A DNA stretch of 64,000 bases, taken from contig OZ336881.1 in the NCBI GenBank assembly GCA_965287045.1, forward strand, positions 54,374,001 to 54,438,000, given 5' to 3'. Under the pieces are notes generated by a model. That model made no database searches and was not told the origin of the DNA. It worked only from the letters and a program-made list of their open reading frames with translations. This document shows, piece after piece, positions 1-12,699 of this stretch; within the stretch, counting starts at the first letter, position 1, and each line of letters begins with the position of its first letter. The DNA comes from Carcharhinus amblyrhynchos (Eukaryota). A program made the translations under genes and the position numbers.

Positions 1-170
1 CATCTGTAGCGTAACTTGAACCACTTTACACTCCAGCCCCTTGAGGTAAAGGTGAACATTCCATTTGATCTTTTAAATTATCTTTGGTACCTTTCCACTT
101 GTTTCTAGTGATTCCTGCACACTGATCCCAAAATTGCTCTTTTTTCACAGTTCTGAGCTTCTCACCATTT
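1..170 (-). mobile_element. CR1-clade LINE fragment (ORF2 C-terminal region), old
   Basis: tacactccagccccttgaggtaaaggtgaacattccatttg resembles the antisense of the CR1 ORF2 3' region as recalled; degenerate. Confidence 0.6.
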
Positions 171-266
171 AAAAAATACTATACTTCTCAAATTTCTGGA
201 ATTGTTCAGCTGCTTTCAGACTTGTGTCCAAATAGGTCTTGTCAACAAAAACTATTGCCCCCGACA

Positions 267-288
267 CCCCCCCCCCCCCCCCCCCCCC
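267..288. repeat. poly-C tract
   Basis: run of about 22 C. Confidence 0.95.
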
Positions 289-347
289 ACTTTCACTGGA
301 GCTAGTGAACTTAAACTGTTATCTCTGTTAGAAACATACTTACTTTT

Positions 348-647
348 TAAGTTTAAGTTTATTGATTAGTGTCACAAGTAGGCTTACTTTAACATTGCAA
401 TGAAGTTACTGTGAAAATCCCTTAGTTGTCACATTCTGGTGCCTGTTCGGGTACACCGAGGGAGAATTTAGCATGGTCAATGCACCTAGCCAGCATGTCT
501 TTCAGACTATGGAAGGAAATCAGAGCACCAGGTGGAAACCCACGCAGACATGGGGAGAGCAGTCTCCTCACAGGCAGCGGCCAAAGCCGGGAATCAAACC
601 CAGGCCCCCGGCACTGTGAGGCAGCAGTGTTAACCACTGTGCCACCA
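348..647 (-). mobile_element. HE1-like V-SINE, alternative (Rex1-like) tail
   Basis: On minus: tRNA-derived head ggtggcacagtggttaacactgctgcctcacag with A/B boxes, V-core gggtttcc...gctaaattctccc, tail ...gcctacttgtgacactaatcaataaact. Confidence 0.92.
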
Positions 648-1154
648 TTTATGGACTGCAGCATAAGTCTGTGACAGGACTGAATAAAATTAATGTCAGT
701 AACAATCATGGAATCTGTGACACTGCCGTATTTGTTAGGCATCCCCTTCAATTTGTAAAGCAAGCGTGCACGGGATTGCAAATTCTCATTTGTGAATGAA
801 TTCTCACTGAAGTACAGTTTGTTGCAGGAAAGACCACTCACAATGTGAAATGGCCGACTTACCCCATTCCGAGCTACATTAGCTGGCATTTCTGCTTAAC
901 TCAAAGGTCTATCGAATATCTTCAGTGGTAGAAAATGTGTTGCTTCAAGTTGTGCTGCAACATGACACAACACAGTGAAAGAATCATTCCTCCAATGAAG
1001 TGATTATGATTTTTGGGCTGACTAATTTCTGTTCTGGTCACTCCTGCTTCATTCCGAAAGTTATTGAGGTGAAAGCTGCTAGAAGTGCTGTACAGAATGC
1101 TGTAAATGGGTGAATTTAACTCCATTTGAACCTAAATGTGTCTCCATGTCAGGT

Positions 1155-1485
1155 AGGGACATTGGAGCAGGAGTAGGCCATTCTGCCATTCAATAAGATC
1201 ATGGCTGATCTTTGGCCTAACTCCTTTTCCCATACCCCTTGATACCCTTGCTCAATAAAAATCTGTCTACTTCAGACTTAAACCTCACAATTGAACCAGC
1301 ATTCACTGTTATTTAAGGAAGAGAGTTTTAAACCTCTACTACTCTCTACATATACAAGTGTTTTCTAATATCGCTTCTGAATGGCTTGGCCCTAAATTTT
1401 TAGATTATAGTCCCTGCTTTTGGAGCTTTCAACCAGTGGAAAGAGTTTATCCTTATCCACCCTGTCCTCCTCTGTAAGTATTTTG
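1155..1485 (-). mobile_element. CR1/HER1 LINE 3' end
   Basis: ggagcaggagtaggccatt...caataagatcatggctgatct is the antisense CR1 3' terminus typical of sharks. Confidence 0.8.
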
Positions 1486-1904
1486 TAAATTGAATTACAG
1501 TGCAAAGAAATCAGTATCTGTCCAACCTTGAATTAAAATTTGTGAATGTTTCCCTGCTAATGTTTGAACCAAAATGATGTTATACAGGTGATATGCAGCC
1601 TTGCAGGGTGACAGTAACTGTAATTCCTGACTTTTGTAGCAATGCAGGTCTTCCATGTAACAGATATAATCCAGGAATATAATTAGAACTGCTCCAACTC
1701 CACCATCATAGATAATGCCAGAAGACCAATGGTAATTCCCTTTATGCAGGAAAATTATTTGTGACAATATTTTGATGCCAAATTAAGGGTAACTGAATGA
1801 ATATTCTAGACCATTCACCATGCAATTAATAGTGCTTTAGTTGGTGGGCTTTAAGTGACCATTTAGTGACTTGAGGTCATCTAATTCACTTTTTTTAAAT
1901 TTTC

Positions 1905-2255
1905 TCCTCATCCCTCTTCTGTAATCTCCATTCCTACAATTCTCAAAGAACTCTGCACTCCACCAATTCTGGCTTCTGATATCTCTTTGATTTCCTTCAT
2001 CCTATCATCAATGGCCTGTCTTTAGTTGTCTGGGCCCTAAACTATGGAATGTTCCCCCAAACTTCTACTTCTCTCTCTCCTTCTTTAAGATACTCTTCCA
2101 AACCTAATTCTTTGAAATGGTTTTTGGTCACTTGTTCTAATTTCTGCTCTATGTGACTCCTTTGGTATCATACTTGTTTGATAATACTCCTGTGAAGCGG
2201 CTTTGAATGCTTTACAACGCCAACAATGACATATAAATACAAGTTGCTATTATTG
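1905..2255 (+). mobile_element. L2-clade LINE 3' end
   Basis: gggccctaaactatggaat...ctttaaga...ctcctgtgaagcggctttg...atataaatacaagttgct; the same tail occurs at 4345 and 49590. Confidence 0.75.
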
Positions 2256-2549
2256 GTGAAGGCATCAACTCCTGCAGGAGTATAGTTTTCATGGCTTCAG
2301 CTGCCTTTTGGTATCTCATCCCAGTGACCATTCTCCACGAGCAAGCCAAGATAGTAAATGTCAAACAGGCTGATCTACCATGGGAACCACCAGCATTGAC
2401 CTCAATCCTGTCATTTTGCATGTGCACGCACTTCCCTCTGGGATCCTGGGCCTTTAACCCTGTTGGGATTGATATAACATCAGGTTCCACCTTTACCCCA
2501 ACTCATTCTTCTTTGTCTCGTCAGAATGGGCACATGCTATTTTGTGGAT

Positions 2550-2705
2550 AAGAAATAAAGCTGCTGGAACTATCACAGCAGGTTTGTTAGAATCCAGAAA
2601 AGAAAATAAGTCATTAAATTTGATCCAAAATTTTAGCTGCTCCTTTCTCTTTCAGATGATGCCAAAACAGCTGTATAATTTTAGTATTTTCAGCTTCTAA
2701 TCCAG
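2550..2705. mobile_element. Penelope-like terminal remnant (degenerate inverted arms)
   Basis: gctgctggaactatcacagcagg ... ctctttcagatgatgccaaaacagctg...tattttcagc resembles the arms at 16165-16350. Confidence 0.4.
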
Positions 2706-3556
2706 AGCTTTTTGAAATGATCTGTTTCTTTGGTGTAAATATAAATGATAAAGATATATACTTAGTGGTTAACATATATCTGTTGTGATTATCATCCAAG
2801 CTGTTTAACATAGGTGAAGTGGCTGTGATGGAGCTCAATGATAAGGCGTATGTAGTATGCAAATCAAAATGACAGATATGCTTACTCTGCTCTTTAGTGT
2901 GGGTAAAAAATATTCTGTAAACCACAGATCAATGCCTCCCTCACTCTGAAGTGTTGCAAAAACTAGCAGCATTTGTGCCAATTTACCTACCTCTATGTAC
3001 AGGTCCTCAGTGAGAGGCTGTGTCCTGGTCTCTATAGTCTGGTCCATAAACTCAGATAAAAAATTCAGAAAATGGATTGAAAATCTCCCAAACGTAGAAG
3101 TGAACTTAAGGTGAAACTTACTGAACAATTTGTGTGTTCTTGAGGTCATTTAGACATGCATGCATCTTGAAGCCGCTTCTGCTCCCCATTCCCAAAAATC
3201 CAGCAGATACTCACACTCACAAGCACACATTAAAATGTTTCTTCCCCAAGATCAGATGGATTCTTACTCATGACAAATACATGACTCCAACCACCGCCCC
3301 CTGCAACCATCCCCCCCTCCCCGCCTCCGTAGACTACAAGGAATCAGATCCACAATGAAAGCAAAATCCTCTCTCCACAAATGAGAAATTGGACAAATAC
3401 GTAATCTCTCTTCACTACACATAGAAACTTACATTTTGAAATATCAAAATTAAAACTTTATCCTTGGCACTGGTTTCTGTCAGAAATGGCAGTCACTTGC
3501 CAGAATTGCCTTGGAATGGGAAAAGTTAGGGAGTACGAGTGATGCAAAATACTAAC

Positions 3557-3820
3557 GGGTGGTGCTGTGGTTAGTACTGCTGCCTCATAGTGCCAGGGAC
3601 CTGGGTTCCATTCCTGGCTTGGATCACTGTCTGTGTGGAAATGCACATTCTGCTGTCTCTGTGTGGGTTTCTTCCAAGTGCTCTGGTTTCCTCCCACAGT
3701 CCAAAAGACGTACTGGTTACGTGCATTGAGCTCACTGATCTCAGTGTACCTGAACCGATGCTGGAATGTGGTGACGAAGAGATTTTCGCATAACTTCACT
3801 GTTGCGTTAATGTAAACCTA
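3557..3820 (+). mobile_element. HE1-like V-SINE, alternative tail
   Basis: gtggttagtactgctgcctcatagtgccagggacctgggttc...cccacagtccaaaagac...ttaatgtaaaccta. Confidence 0.9.
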
Positions 3821-4344
3821 ACACTTAAGCTAACATTGAATTTGTCCTACGATGCATCTGGTCTAAAGGACAGACCTTCTAAAGGCAACATGGCTGAATT
3901 ACGTATAAAGTGAGGAATCTGTGAATCATATTGAAGTCATTCAAATTAAGTCATTTTGAGTTCACAATTTCTATTGAGTTCTGCGATGTCAGGAATTATA
4001 CACTGCTGCATTGCAGAGCCTGTGCTGCTCCTGGCACCTGCTCTCATCTGAATCAAATGTGCTTGCAAGCTAGATGGCATTCAAGGTAGTTATAGTGCAC
4101 AACAGTTTACTCAGGTTTTAGAATTCAAGAAAATTGCTTATTTACAATGAATGTGCAAGTGATCATTAGTTTTGTACATTTCTACAATGGATACTTATCT
4201 TCATATTTTATTTCCAGCTCTCTTCAACTTACTGAGCCCTGTAGCAATGACTTGCACAATATCCTCTGCTTAAATTCCTTAAATTCAACACAATGCTGAA
4301 TAGATACTCCTGCTCAGCATCAGTGCAACATAGATGATACCTAG

Positions 4345-4525
4345 AACTCAGAAATCTTGGAAATTGAGTGTGCCTCCCTAAATTGGTCTGCTTCCTGACC
4401 TCTCTCCTCCTTAAAAATGGTCCATAAAACCCGCCTCTGATATTGCTTTATGAAACTTGGTGTCAAATTTTGTTTAACATTCATGTGAAGCTCCTTGGGA
4501 TTTTTTTCTGATATTAAATGCACTA
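4345..4525 (+). mobile_element. L2 LINE 3' fragment
   Basis: ctctctcctccttaaaa...ttggtgtcaaattttgttt...gtgaagctccttggga...tgcactat, similar to 1905-2255. Confidence 0.6.
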
Positions 4526-4574
4526 TGGCATTTGACAGTGCAGTGGCATTGTCACTAGACAAGTAATCCAAAGA

Positions 4575-4792
4575 ATCCCTACAGTGCAAAAAGAGGCCAT
4601 TCGGCTCATTGAGTATGAATCAACTTTCCAAAACAGCATCCCACTCAGGCTCTCCCCTCTGCCCTCTCCCCATAATGTTGCACATCTTTGGACTGTGTGA
4701 GAAAACCAGAACATCTGGGAAAAACGCACACACACGGGAAGAATGTGCAAACTCCAGAAACCTGGCCTCTTAGTGCTGCGAGGCAGCAGTGT
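4575..4792 (-). mobile_element. HE1 SINE (CR1/HER1 tail), internally deleted
   Basis: atccctacagtgcaaaaagaggccattcggc tail plus V-core catctttggactgtg. Confidence 0.85.
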
Positions 4793-5110
4793 CATAGAAT
4801 CCCTACAGTACACAGGGAGGCCATTTGACCCATCAATTATGTACCAACCACAATCCCACCTAGGCTCTATTCCTGTAATCCTACACATTTACCCTGCTAA
4901 TCCCCCTGAGTCAAGGGTCAATTTAGCATGGCCAATCAACCTAATCCACAGATTTTTGGACTGTGAGAAGAAACCAAAGCAAGCACAAACCCACGGAGAC
5001 ATGGGGAGAATGTGCAAACCGCACACAGACAGTCGCCCAAGGCTGGAATTGAACCTGGGCCCCTGGCATTGTGAGGCAGCATTGCTAACCACTGTGTCAC
5101 CCAGGCAGTC
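4793..5110 (-). mobile_element. HE1 SINE (CR1/HER1 tail), full length
   Basis: catagaatccctacagt...aatttagcatggccaatc...gaggcagcattgctaaccactgtg. Confidence 0.92.
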
Positions 5111-6097
5111 CATTGCAATCCAAAGACCAGGGCAAGTTCTAGGGACCTGGGTTCAAATTCCACTGTCGCACATTGTAGAATTTGAATTCAACAAAAAATC
5201 TGGAACTAAAATCTCAGGATGACCATGAAGCCATTATCAACTATTGTAAAAATCCACCTGGTTCACTAATGTCTTTTAGGGAAGGAAATCTGCTGTCCTG
5301 ACCTGGTCTGGCCTACATGTGACCCCAGACCAACAACAAGGTGATTGACTTACAAGTGCCCTCTGAAATTGAAGGCAGACCCCAGTCAGTGACATCCACA
5401 TCCCATAAGTGAATACAAAAAATAACTACATGCTGTTGCTGTTAACTGAGCTTTTTCTCTCAAAGATGGTTCACCACTATCCTCTGCAAGGCTTCTGTCC
5501 CAGATACTTACGCTAACATTCAACACTCAATACTATTTCACTTTCAGTTGTGCAATTTCTTCTGCAGGATCCTGCTGTTTATCACTATCCTCTGAGTTAT
5601 CCAACAAATATGTGTGTTGAAAACTAAGAATAAAATTACTGACAAAAACTAATAGACCATAATATGGAACAGCAAATTTGAAATTTGTTTTGAGAAGATA
5701 ACACAGCTTGGGGTTTGTGCTTGCAGATTATAAAACGTCCAAACCTAAGAATGTGTTAATGCCTCATAACACACTCCAATCTACATGCATAATATAGAAA
5801 CCTCCCTGATTATCACAAATTCTGTTTTTTTTCATTTGAAGACACAATGATGTAATTTGATAAGTTGTTCACCATGCAACTTCATAAATGTGTCATAAGA
5901 GAAAAAATTGTAATACTTTACATACAAAAACACATTACAATGTAGAACACAAGATTGTGAAGCAAAAATTGAGCTTTCTGGGTTAATACAAATAAAATGG
6001 GGGAGCAAATTGGCTTAGCCGTAGTGTAGAATTATCTTATGAATGTACTTTGGAAGCATTTATTAAATGGCTAAACATAGTAAATAGAATGCAGTGA

Positions 6098-6510
6098 GAG
6101 AATCTTGTGTTATTCTCCTTGGAGCAGAGGAATTTTAAGACGTTTATGGAGGTATTCAAAATCAGAAATGGATTTGATAAGAGTATATGAAGAGAAATTA
6201 TGTCCAGAAGGGTTGGTAGCCAGGGCACGTATATTTAAGGTGGTTGCCTTTAAGGTTTTTGCCAAAAGAGCCAGAGATGACATGAGAAAACAGTTTTCTT
6301 GACATGGCAAGTTATTGTGCTCTGGAATGCACTGTTTGAAAAGGTTGTGAAACAACAGTAACTTTAAAAAATAGAATTGGATAAATAATTGAAGATAAAA
6401 ATCATTTCCAGGGCTATGGCGAAGGGTTGGAGTTGGTGAGGTCCACTAAAAAGCTTACAGAGACATCATGGGCCAAATGGCCTCCTCCAGAGTTGTATCA
6501 TTCTATGATT
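6098..6510 (+). mobile_element. CR1/HER1 LINE 3' end
   Basis: Degenerate ORF2 end (ttctccttggagcagagg = FSLEQR; tggaatgcactg = WNAL) and terminus atgggccaaatggcctcctcc...ttctatgatt. Confidence 0.85.
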
Positions 6511-6899
6511 TGCATAAACTTTATAATGTACAGATCAAGTCCAAGAACAGATGCACTGCCTTTTCTTATCAGCTTGGATTTTGTATGTTTCTCTTGTGGC
6601 AGCATGAATTGGATTCAATTTGAATTTGACTTTTTTTTGGAGCAAGAAGGGAGATGGATTAAACGCTTGCTTATCCTGTCCACTAATGTCCGTAACTTTA
6701 AGAAATGACTTTTTTTTAAAAAAAGTAGTGAATAATTACTCTCAAAAGTACATTCAAAGTCCTTTTCAGAGCAGGCTGTTTGTACCTGCTCCCGAAATAA
6801 TGTAGCCAAAATCTCTGTGTTAATAGTTTTTTTTAAGTAGCTTTTAGAGGCACTGAACCACATGAGCTTAACATTCCAAACCAAAATATTTACATGCGA

Positions 6900-9800
6900 C
6901 AAATAAAAGCTCGTCCGCGTACGTAGGTAAATATGCCCTAATATATTAGTGTAATGCTTGTGTTAAGTGCTATTTTTAAACGGCAAATTAGAAATATCGA
7001 AAGCGGTGAACACGTGCCTGTGTGTGTTTCTGTTCCATGCAGCCTAGCTTCCCTCTGAGCTGTGCCCAGCTCCCCAGCCTGCTCACTGCAGTCTATCAAT
7101 CAGGGTGAGATAATGCGTAGTGGCTGCACCTATGACAGGTTATGATTGAGTGCTGTGCCCGAGCCCTCTCTATACATGTGGCTCTGTGCTTTTGTCTTGC
7201 TTTGGGCCACTTTTGAGGGGTGGGGGGTGGTTTGCATTCGGCGAGATCATTTGTATAAATGCAGGTACTTATTTTAGCCACTACGCTATCAATACCAACC
7301 AGCAACAGTTAAAACCCTGATGGGGTGTGTTACCCGAGTCCAAATGTGGACTTGGTCAGAGTTCAACAATACACTGTGTGGCCGCCTGTTATTTGGTGTG
7401 TCTACAACATCCACTTTTAAGTAAAACAAAACTACATTCTTCCAGCGATTTAATTAATAAACGAATTTCCTTTGTGGGTTCTTTTTTAATCTCGTCCAAT
7501 GCTCTGACCACACAAACGAGTAGGAAAATAATCTCTGCAGAATTCTAACGCTGAATATTAAAACGCGGCAGAGCGAAATGTATCGAAGTTCCATCCAAAT
7601 AAAGTGAGAGGCTGAACCGATGAGTGTGTATTGATTTCCAGCCGCGTTCCTCGGAAGGGGTTAACTGGCTTCCCATCAAGATTTCGTTTGATCTCGGGTG
7701 ACATTTTCAATCCGAGCCGTCACCCAATTGATGATTCCGGAAAGTTTCTTTCCCGGAAATGTTTGAGGCATCGTGTGTGCCGAGAACGATTGAAACAAGA
7801 TTTGTGCGTATGTGAGAGAGAGAGGGAGAGGCGCAGGGACTCCAGGGTAAAATGTTAAAAGATATATTTATTTAAAAAAAACACCCCAAGGACCCTGTCA
7901 CCTACAGGTGTAGGATATACATTGCGAAAGGGCTGTTGGTCAGATTAAAGCAAAGGTCAAGATTCCTTCCCCATAATCTAACTAATTGATGTTGATTTGT
8001 TGATCTGCTGTGACATGAACCATCAGGTAATTGCAGGCGTGTCAATTTCCTCTGTCAGTCGCCACAACATAAAAATATTGTGGGGGGAATTAACGCGGGG
8101 TTAATTACTGAAAAAAACAAAACGTGCAAATAATTAAAATCGTGCCTGGTTTAAAAAAGAGGTAGAAAAATACAACACAGTCTCAACACGAGATAACCGG
8201 GTTACTATGTGTCCCCGTTGATAAGGAGAGGAATATTATTATAGTCAGCTGGTCAAATTGTGCAAACTGTAATTTACAAAACAGTTCCTCTGCTGACACC
8301 CCCCCCCTCACTTTATTAAAAAAAAGCACCGTGTACGTGTCTGCACTGGAATTATTTTAACAAATGATGAATGGGCAAGGCGGAATTACCATTTCCCAGT
8401 TAAATGTTTCAGCAAATCGCTGATGGTTTGTCTCCCCCCTTTAGGGAAGCTATAAAAAGGAACAATAATGGCTGATAGTTGGCTATAAGTTTTCCACAAT
8501 CACCGGCGGTTTCGAAACTGGCCGTCTTTAAAAAGGAACATCTGGGGAATGTGCCATATGTTAAAGCTTTGTCTTGTCCTTCAAAGTTAGGCTGCCCTTG
8601 AAGTGATTTGTCAGTGGGGCGAAAGTGACAGAAAGAATATGTGTTGCAGTGGGGCTGGGGTGGAGAACGCGTGCATTGTGGCTGCCTCTGCAACCAGCCA
8701 CTGAACTGATTAGGGTGTAATTAAAGCCTTAAAGCTTTCAGATGATCCACCTGGTTATTTGCTAAGTCACCAGCTAATCAGCCAAATGAGCTGTTCCAGT
8801 GTGCACATCGGGCCAAGAGCTATACTGATTAATGAAGTTTATTGGGAGCTGTTAACGGCATTAACTGGAGAAAATCTATGTAATTCGTCATATTTAGTGA
8901 GGGAAATTAAATCTCTGCATGCAAATGAGAACTGGCAACACACACACACACACACACACAATCTTTTGGAGGTTAAGAAACTGCAAGTGTGCAACTGCAC
9001 CCAGAGAATTCTGTTATTCCTTCACTAGTGTGCGGGCACATATATACTTCTCAATTCTATAAATAAATGTATAGAACGCATGTTGGACAACAGCTATTCG
9101 TGGGGTAGGCTGCAGGTGAAGTGGGCTCTTGCACGGATAGAATCAAAACGGCACAAGTCTGTTTTATTTTTCCATCCCATTCCTTTGGTTAATTTTAAGA
9201 CGAATGTAAACATTTTAAAATGACGTGAATTGGTTCTGCCCACGAACAAAGACGCGCGGGGAAAAGGGCTCTTTGGAGGAAAAAGAACAGTTTTTGTTTC
9301 ATTGAGACCGATAAAATGTTGGGTAAAACAGCGAAGCCTCGTTGCTGCTAGCATTTGATTTCTTCTCCCCTGCATTCCAGGCTACAATGCATATTTTTTT
9401 GCAGGGCAGTAAAATTAATTCAGCCCTTTACTCTCCAACAGTGCAGTTATCTCAGCAACATTGAAATTCGCACCAGCCCCACGTGCTAAACATCGTACAA
9501 ACAGTTCCACACAAGGGAAGGCGATTATGTAAATAGACAACGTCCTAAAGTTCGGTAAGGTTAGCACCGAGCTTCAGCCACGAGTTTTGAGTTCCTTTTT
9601 AAAACACTTTCTGCCTGTGACAACCTTCTTGTAAATCATCTCTACGCACGTGTAAAACCAAATGAACTGGGCCACTTTCATTGCCTGCCGATCAGGCGAA
9701 GATGTGACAAAAACTTGAAGCTCCCAAAACAATGTGCTCATTCGTACTCTGAAAGTATTCAGATGTTTGGAGCATGGGTGCAATTTTGAACAGCCACGTA

Positions 9801-9900
9801 GCGGGGAAGCGATGCGTTTATTAGAGCATTTGAGAAAAGATATACATGGTTCACAAATGTATTATGAAAAGGTAAAACCTGCGCAAAATTTAAAATAACG
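6900..9900. promoter_or_regulatory. Repeat-free CpG-retaining island; candidate enhancer or promoter cluster
   Basis: About 19 CpG counted by eye in 7560-7850 against a few per 300 bp in the flanks; no recognisable transposon; dense homeodomain, octamer, NBRE and STAT-type motifs. Confidence 0.55.
8938..8960. repeat. (CA)n microsatellite
   Basis: acacacacacacacacacacaca. Confidence 0.95.
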
Positions 9901-12699
9901 TGCTTTCAAGTGAAAGTTTAATAAGTGAATTGTAGTGAAAGGATCTTAATTGATGGAAATAAATCATGACAGAAAGACAGCCCTCCTTAGGATGTACCCT
10001 TTCAAGTGCACACATCAAAATAGTGCTGCAGGTTGGCAGAATGTATATTTCCAAAATTATAGAAAAGGAATTGTACATACAAAACTAAATAATCATACTT
10101 AACTCACATCAGCCTCAGTAACCCTGAATGGATCATTTTTGAAACCGTATTAAAAGGGGACAAATTTGGAAAGGACGCCTACACAAAATCTTTAGAATTT
10201 TGAAACTGCAAATATTCTATTTCTGTTTTAAAAATAAACTTACATTTTCCTATTAAAAACAATTATAAGTTCAACTCTCTCTTACTGAAAATATCACTTT
10301 TGGTTTGGTTGCTTGCTGGTTTTGTATTTATACAGTATACAAAACGTAAGGGCATTCACCAATCTAACATCAAATGGCATGTTATAGCCTCAAGGAGGTG
10401 CTGTATACTGGCTGCAGTTTGACTGATTTAAGTCAGAGAAGTTCGTTTATAAGTCCTGTTTGAATCCCCTTTCTTATTATATACTGTTAATGCCACTGAA
10501 GGAACTAACAGTTCAGGCATCCCATCTGGAACAGTGCACAAGGTATAAGTGGAAACACTCCCCCAGCCCACCCCTCCATCCCACCACACCCCCTCGCCTC
10601 CCCAGAGAACTACTGTACCAGGAGAAAACTGCAAAATATGAAGGGGTCAGGATACTGGAGGTCAACTATTAGGACACAGAAACTGGTCATACAGGAGTAA
10701 AACTTGCATGAACTGAATCCAATTATACCCCTGATGTAAAGGCAGTGAGTGTTCAAGACTTGAGTACAAGAAGTCTGTCAGGACACTACAGTACATTGCA
10801 TTCTAGCAGATTTGTCAATATTAATGAAGAGGAAGTAAATAGGACCTGGTGAATGGAAGAGAGAACTGTTAATTTTTTATTGTTCTGTTTTCAGTAAAAG
10901 GCCAACAATGTTTATTATGCATTTCAGTTTAATATCTCTGGAGGAATAACCTTTTGGAACATAATTATGACAATTGCCTTTGGAACACTGGGGAAAGAGC
11001 AGGAGCAGCACTGCCACCTCTTCCCGTTGTCTACATTTACAATGATACATATATTTCTGAGTATTCTCAGGACTGTACTCCTGAGTGGCCCTGTAACTAT
11101 TTTGCGAGCTGCAGTGGAGGCTATGAGCTATATCTGACATGCCAGGGGCTGTTGCAACTAACAAACAACTGCAGTCAATTAATTAAACAACAACTTTCGT
11201 TAGTCTTTGCAGAAAGTATTTTGCAAGTACTCTGCTCCATATATTGTGCCAGAAGTCTACGGTGCTAACAATGAATGTTTTCACTTTCAGGAGAAGTGGC
11301 ATAATTATCTTACCAGCATGTATTTTGGAGTCTTGCAGATGATCATGATTTGAAGCAATGTTGCACAGCAACTTGAATATGCCATGTTGGTCAGTTCTAA
11401 ATTTCAGGTGTACCATTTGATCTGATATGCAATGTCAGAAGGACTATGCCCCTCACATTTAGACAGGAGAATACGACTGGATTCTGTATGCATCGTAGAA
11501 ATGCATGCATCAAATGAAATGGCACTGGGTCCTGTCTGCAAGTAAATTATTGGGCTTTGCTACTTTTAAAAATCAACTCGCACTCTCCTTTAAAAGAATA
11601 TTGCCTTGTTAGCCATACCTCCTGATGTCTTTAAGATCTGGAAATGCAGCTGTTGCAGAAAAGGAAAGAGGAAACATGTTTATCTTTTTTTCAGTTCTAT
11701 TACTTTGTACCTCACAGAGTGACACGAACGTTTCATTTTTTTAAGTAGGAGAGTAAAGCAATGAAGGTAAGTGAAAAGATGTGTCCATTTTAAATATAAC
11801 AGCAAAATCATTTTAAAGGACGCTATAGTGTTTATAGCCCAAGGTCCTGGTTTTGCGAGGTCATTAAAGAAGACAGAGAATCCAATAAATGCTGCAATTA
11901 TTGCCCTAACAAACTGGTGCAAGTTATAATTCAAGTTTAATGAAAAATTAAAATGCTATAATCTTAAAATGTAAAAGATTTGGTGTAACTCTTGCTATAA
12001 CATGCCTTATTAATTTTCAGGGCCTTTTAATCGAGCTCAGGGTGGAAAATAAAATTTAAAAAACAGATTATTATTGGTTTAAAGGACATGTCCTATTCAA
12101 GGTTGGGCTTTAGGCTGCATTTCCAGGGGCTTATTATATTGTCACTTTTTATAACTACTCCACAATGCTTAGTGAGACTACCAGATATAAAAATAAAACC
12201 GATTTCTTACCCACCACTGTCAACTCTTGTCACTGAATACAGTCATCTATCTACAGTACCATCATTGGTGGCTGCAGAAAATGCACGCTAAAGTCAGAGA
12301 TGCCATTAGAAGGGTATATTATATGGTTTTACTGTTAATGAAGAAGTCATATACATTATGTATAATATTAATAGTCATTGTATTTCAGACAGTGATAGCA
12401 GGAAGAACTGTTGTATTTCTCTAGAGGTAGAGATTTGACAGGCGACAGTGTTCCTATTCATTACATGTATTTACAAATCTAATTTCAGAATTATTCCAAT
12501 TTACCACTTGAAAAATGACAACGTGTAGCCATAAAAATCCTACGCCAAATTAAATTTTACAGGTTTGGACAATGTAAGCAAGCAAGCACATGAAAAAGTT
12601 GTTCAACTCAGCTAACTCATTCAGCCACTTCTGGTCCTGACAGGTCACTGTTACATGCCTTCTGCATTTCCCTGCTTGCAGCTGGGCAAGGAACTTGTT

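Larger units (their letters stand above)
4527..5422 (+). mobile_element. tRNA-derived SINE 'family B' split by two HE1 SINEs (pieces 4527-4574 and 5117-5422)
   Basis: Head cagtggcattgtcactagacaagtaatcc resumes at 5117 with B-box gggttcaaattcc and core tggttcactaatgtcttttagggaaggaaatctgc; aatccaaaga is duplicated at both junctions. Confidence 0.85.

Noticed and set aside
422-889. 155-aa ORF and many similar ORFs (LRGFPPGAPVSSH, MAQWLALLPH, CEAAVLTTVPP)
   Set aside because: These are translations of HE1-type SINEs recurring throughout the window, not genes
10460-10720. Protein-like reading (YTVNATEG...; ELLYQEKTAKYEGVRILEV)
   Set aside because: In-frame stops, no convincing splice sites and no recognisable domain
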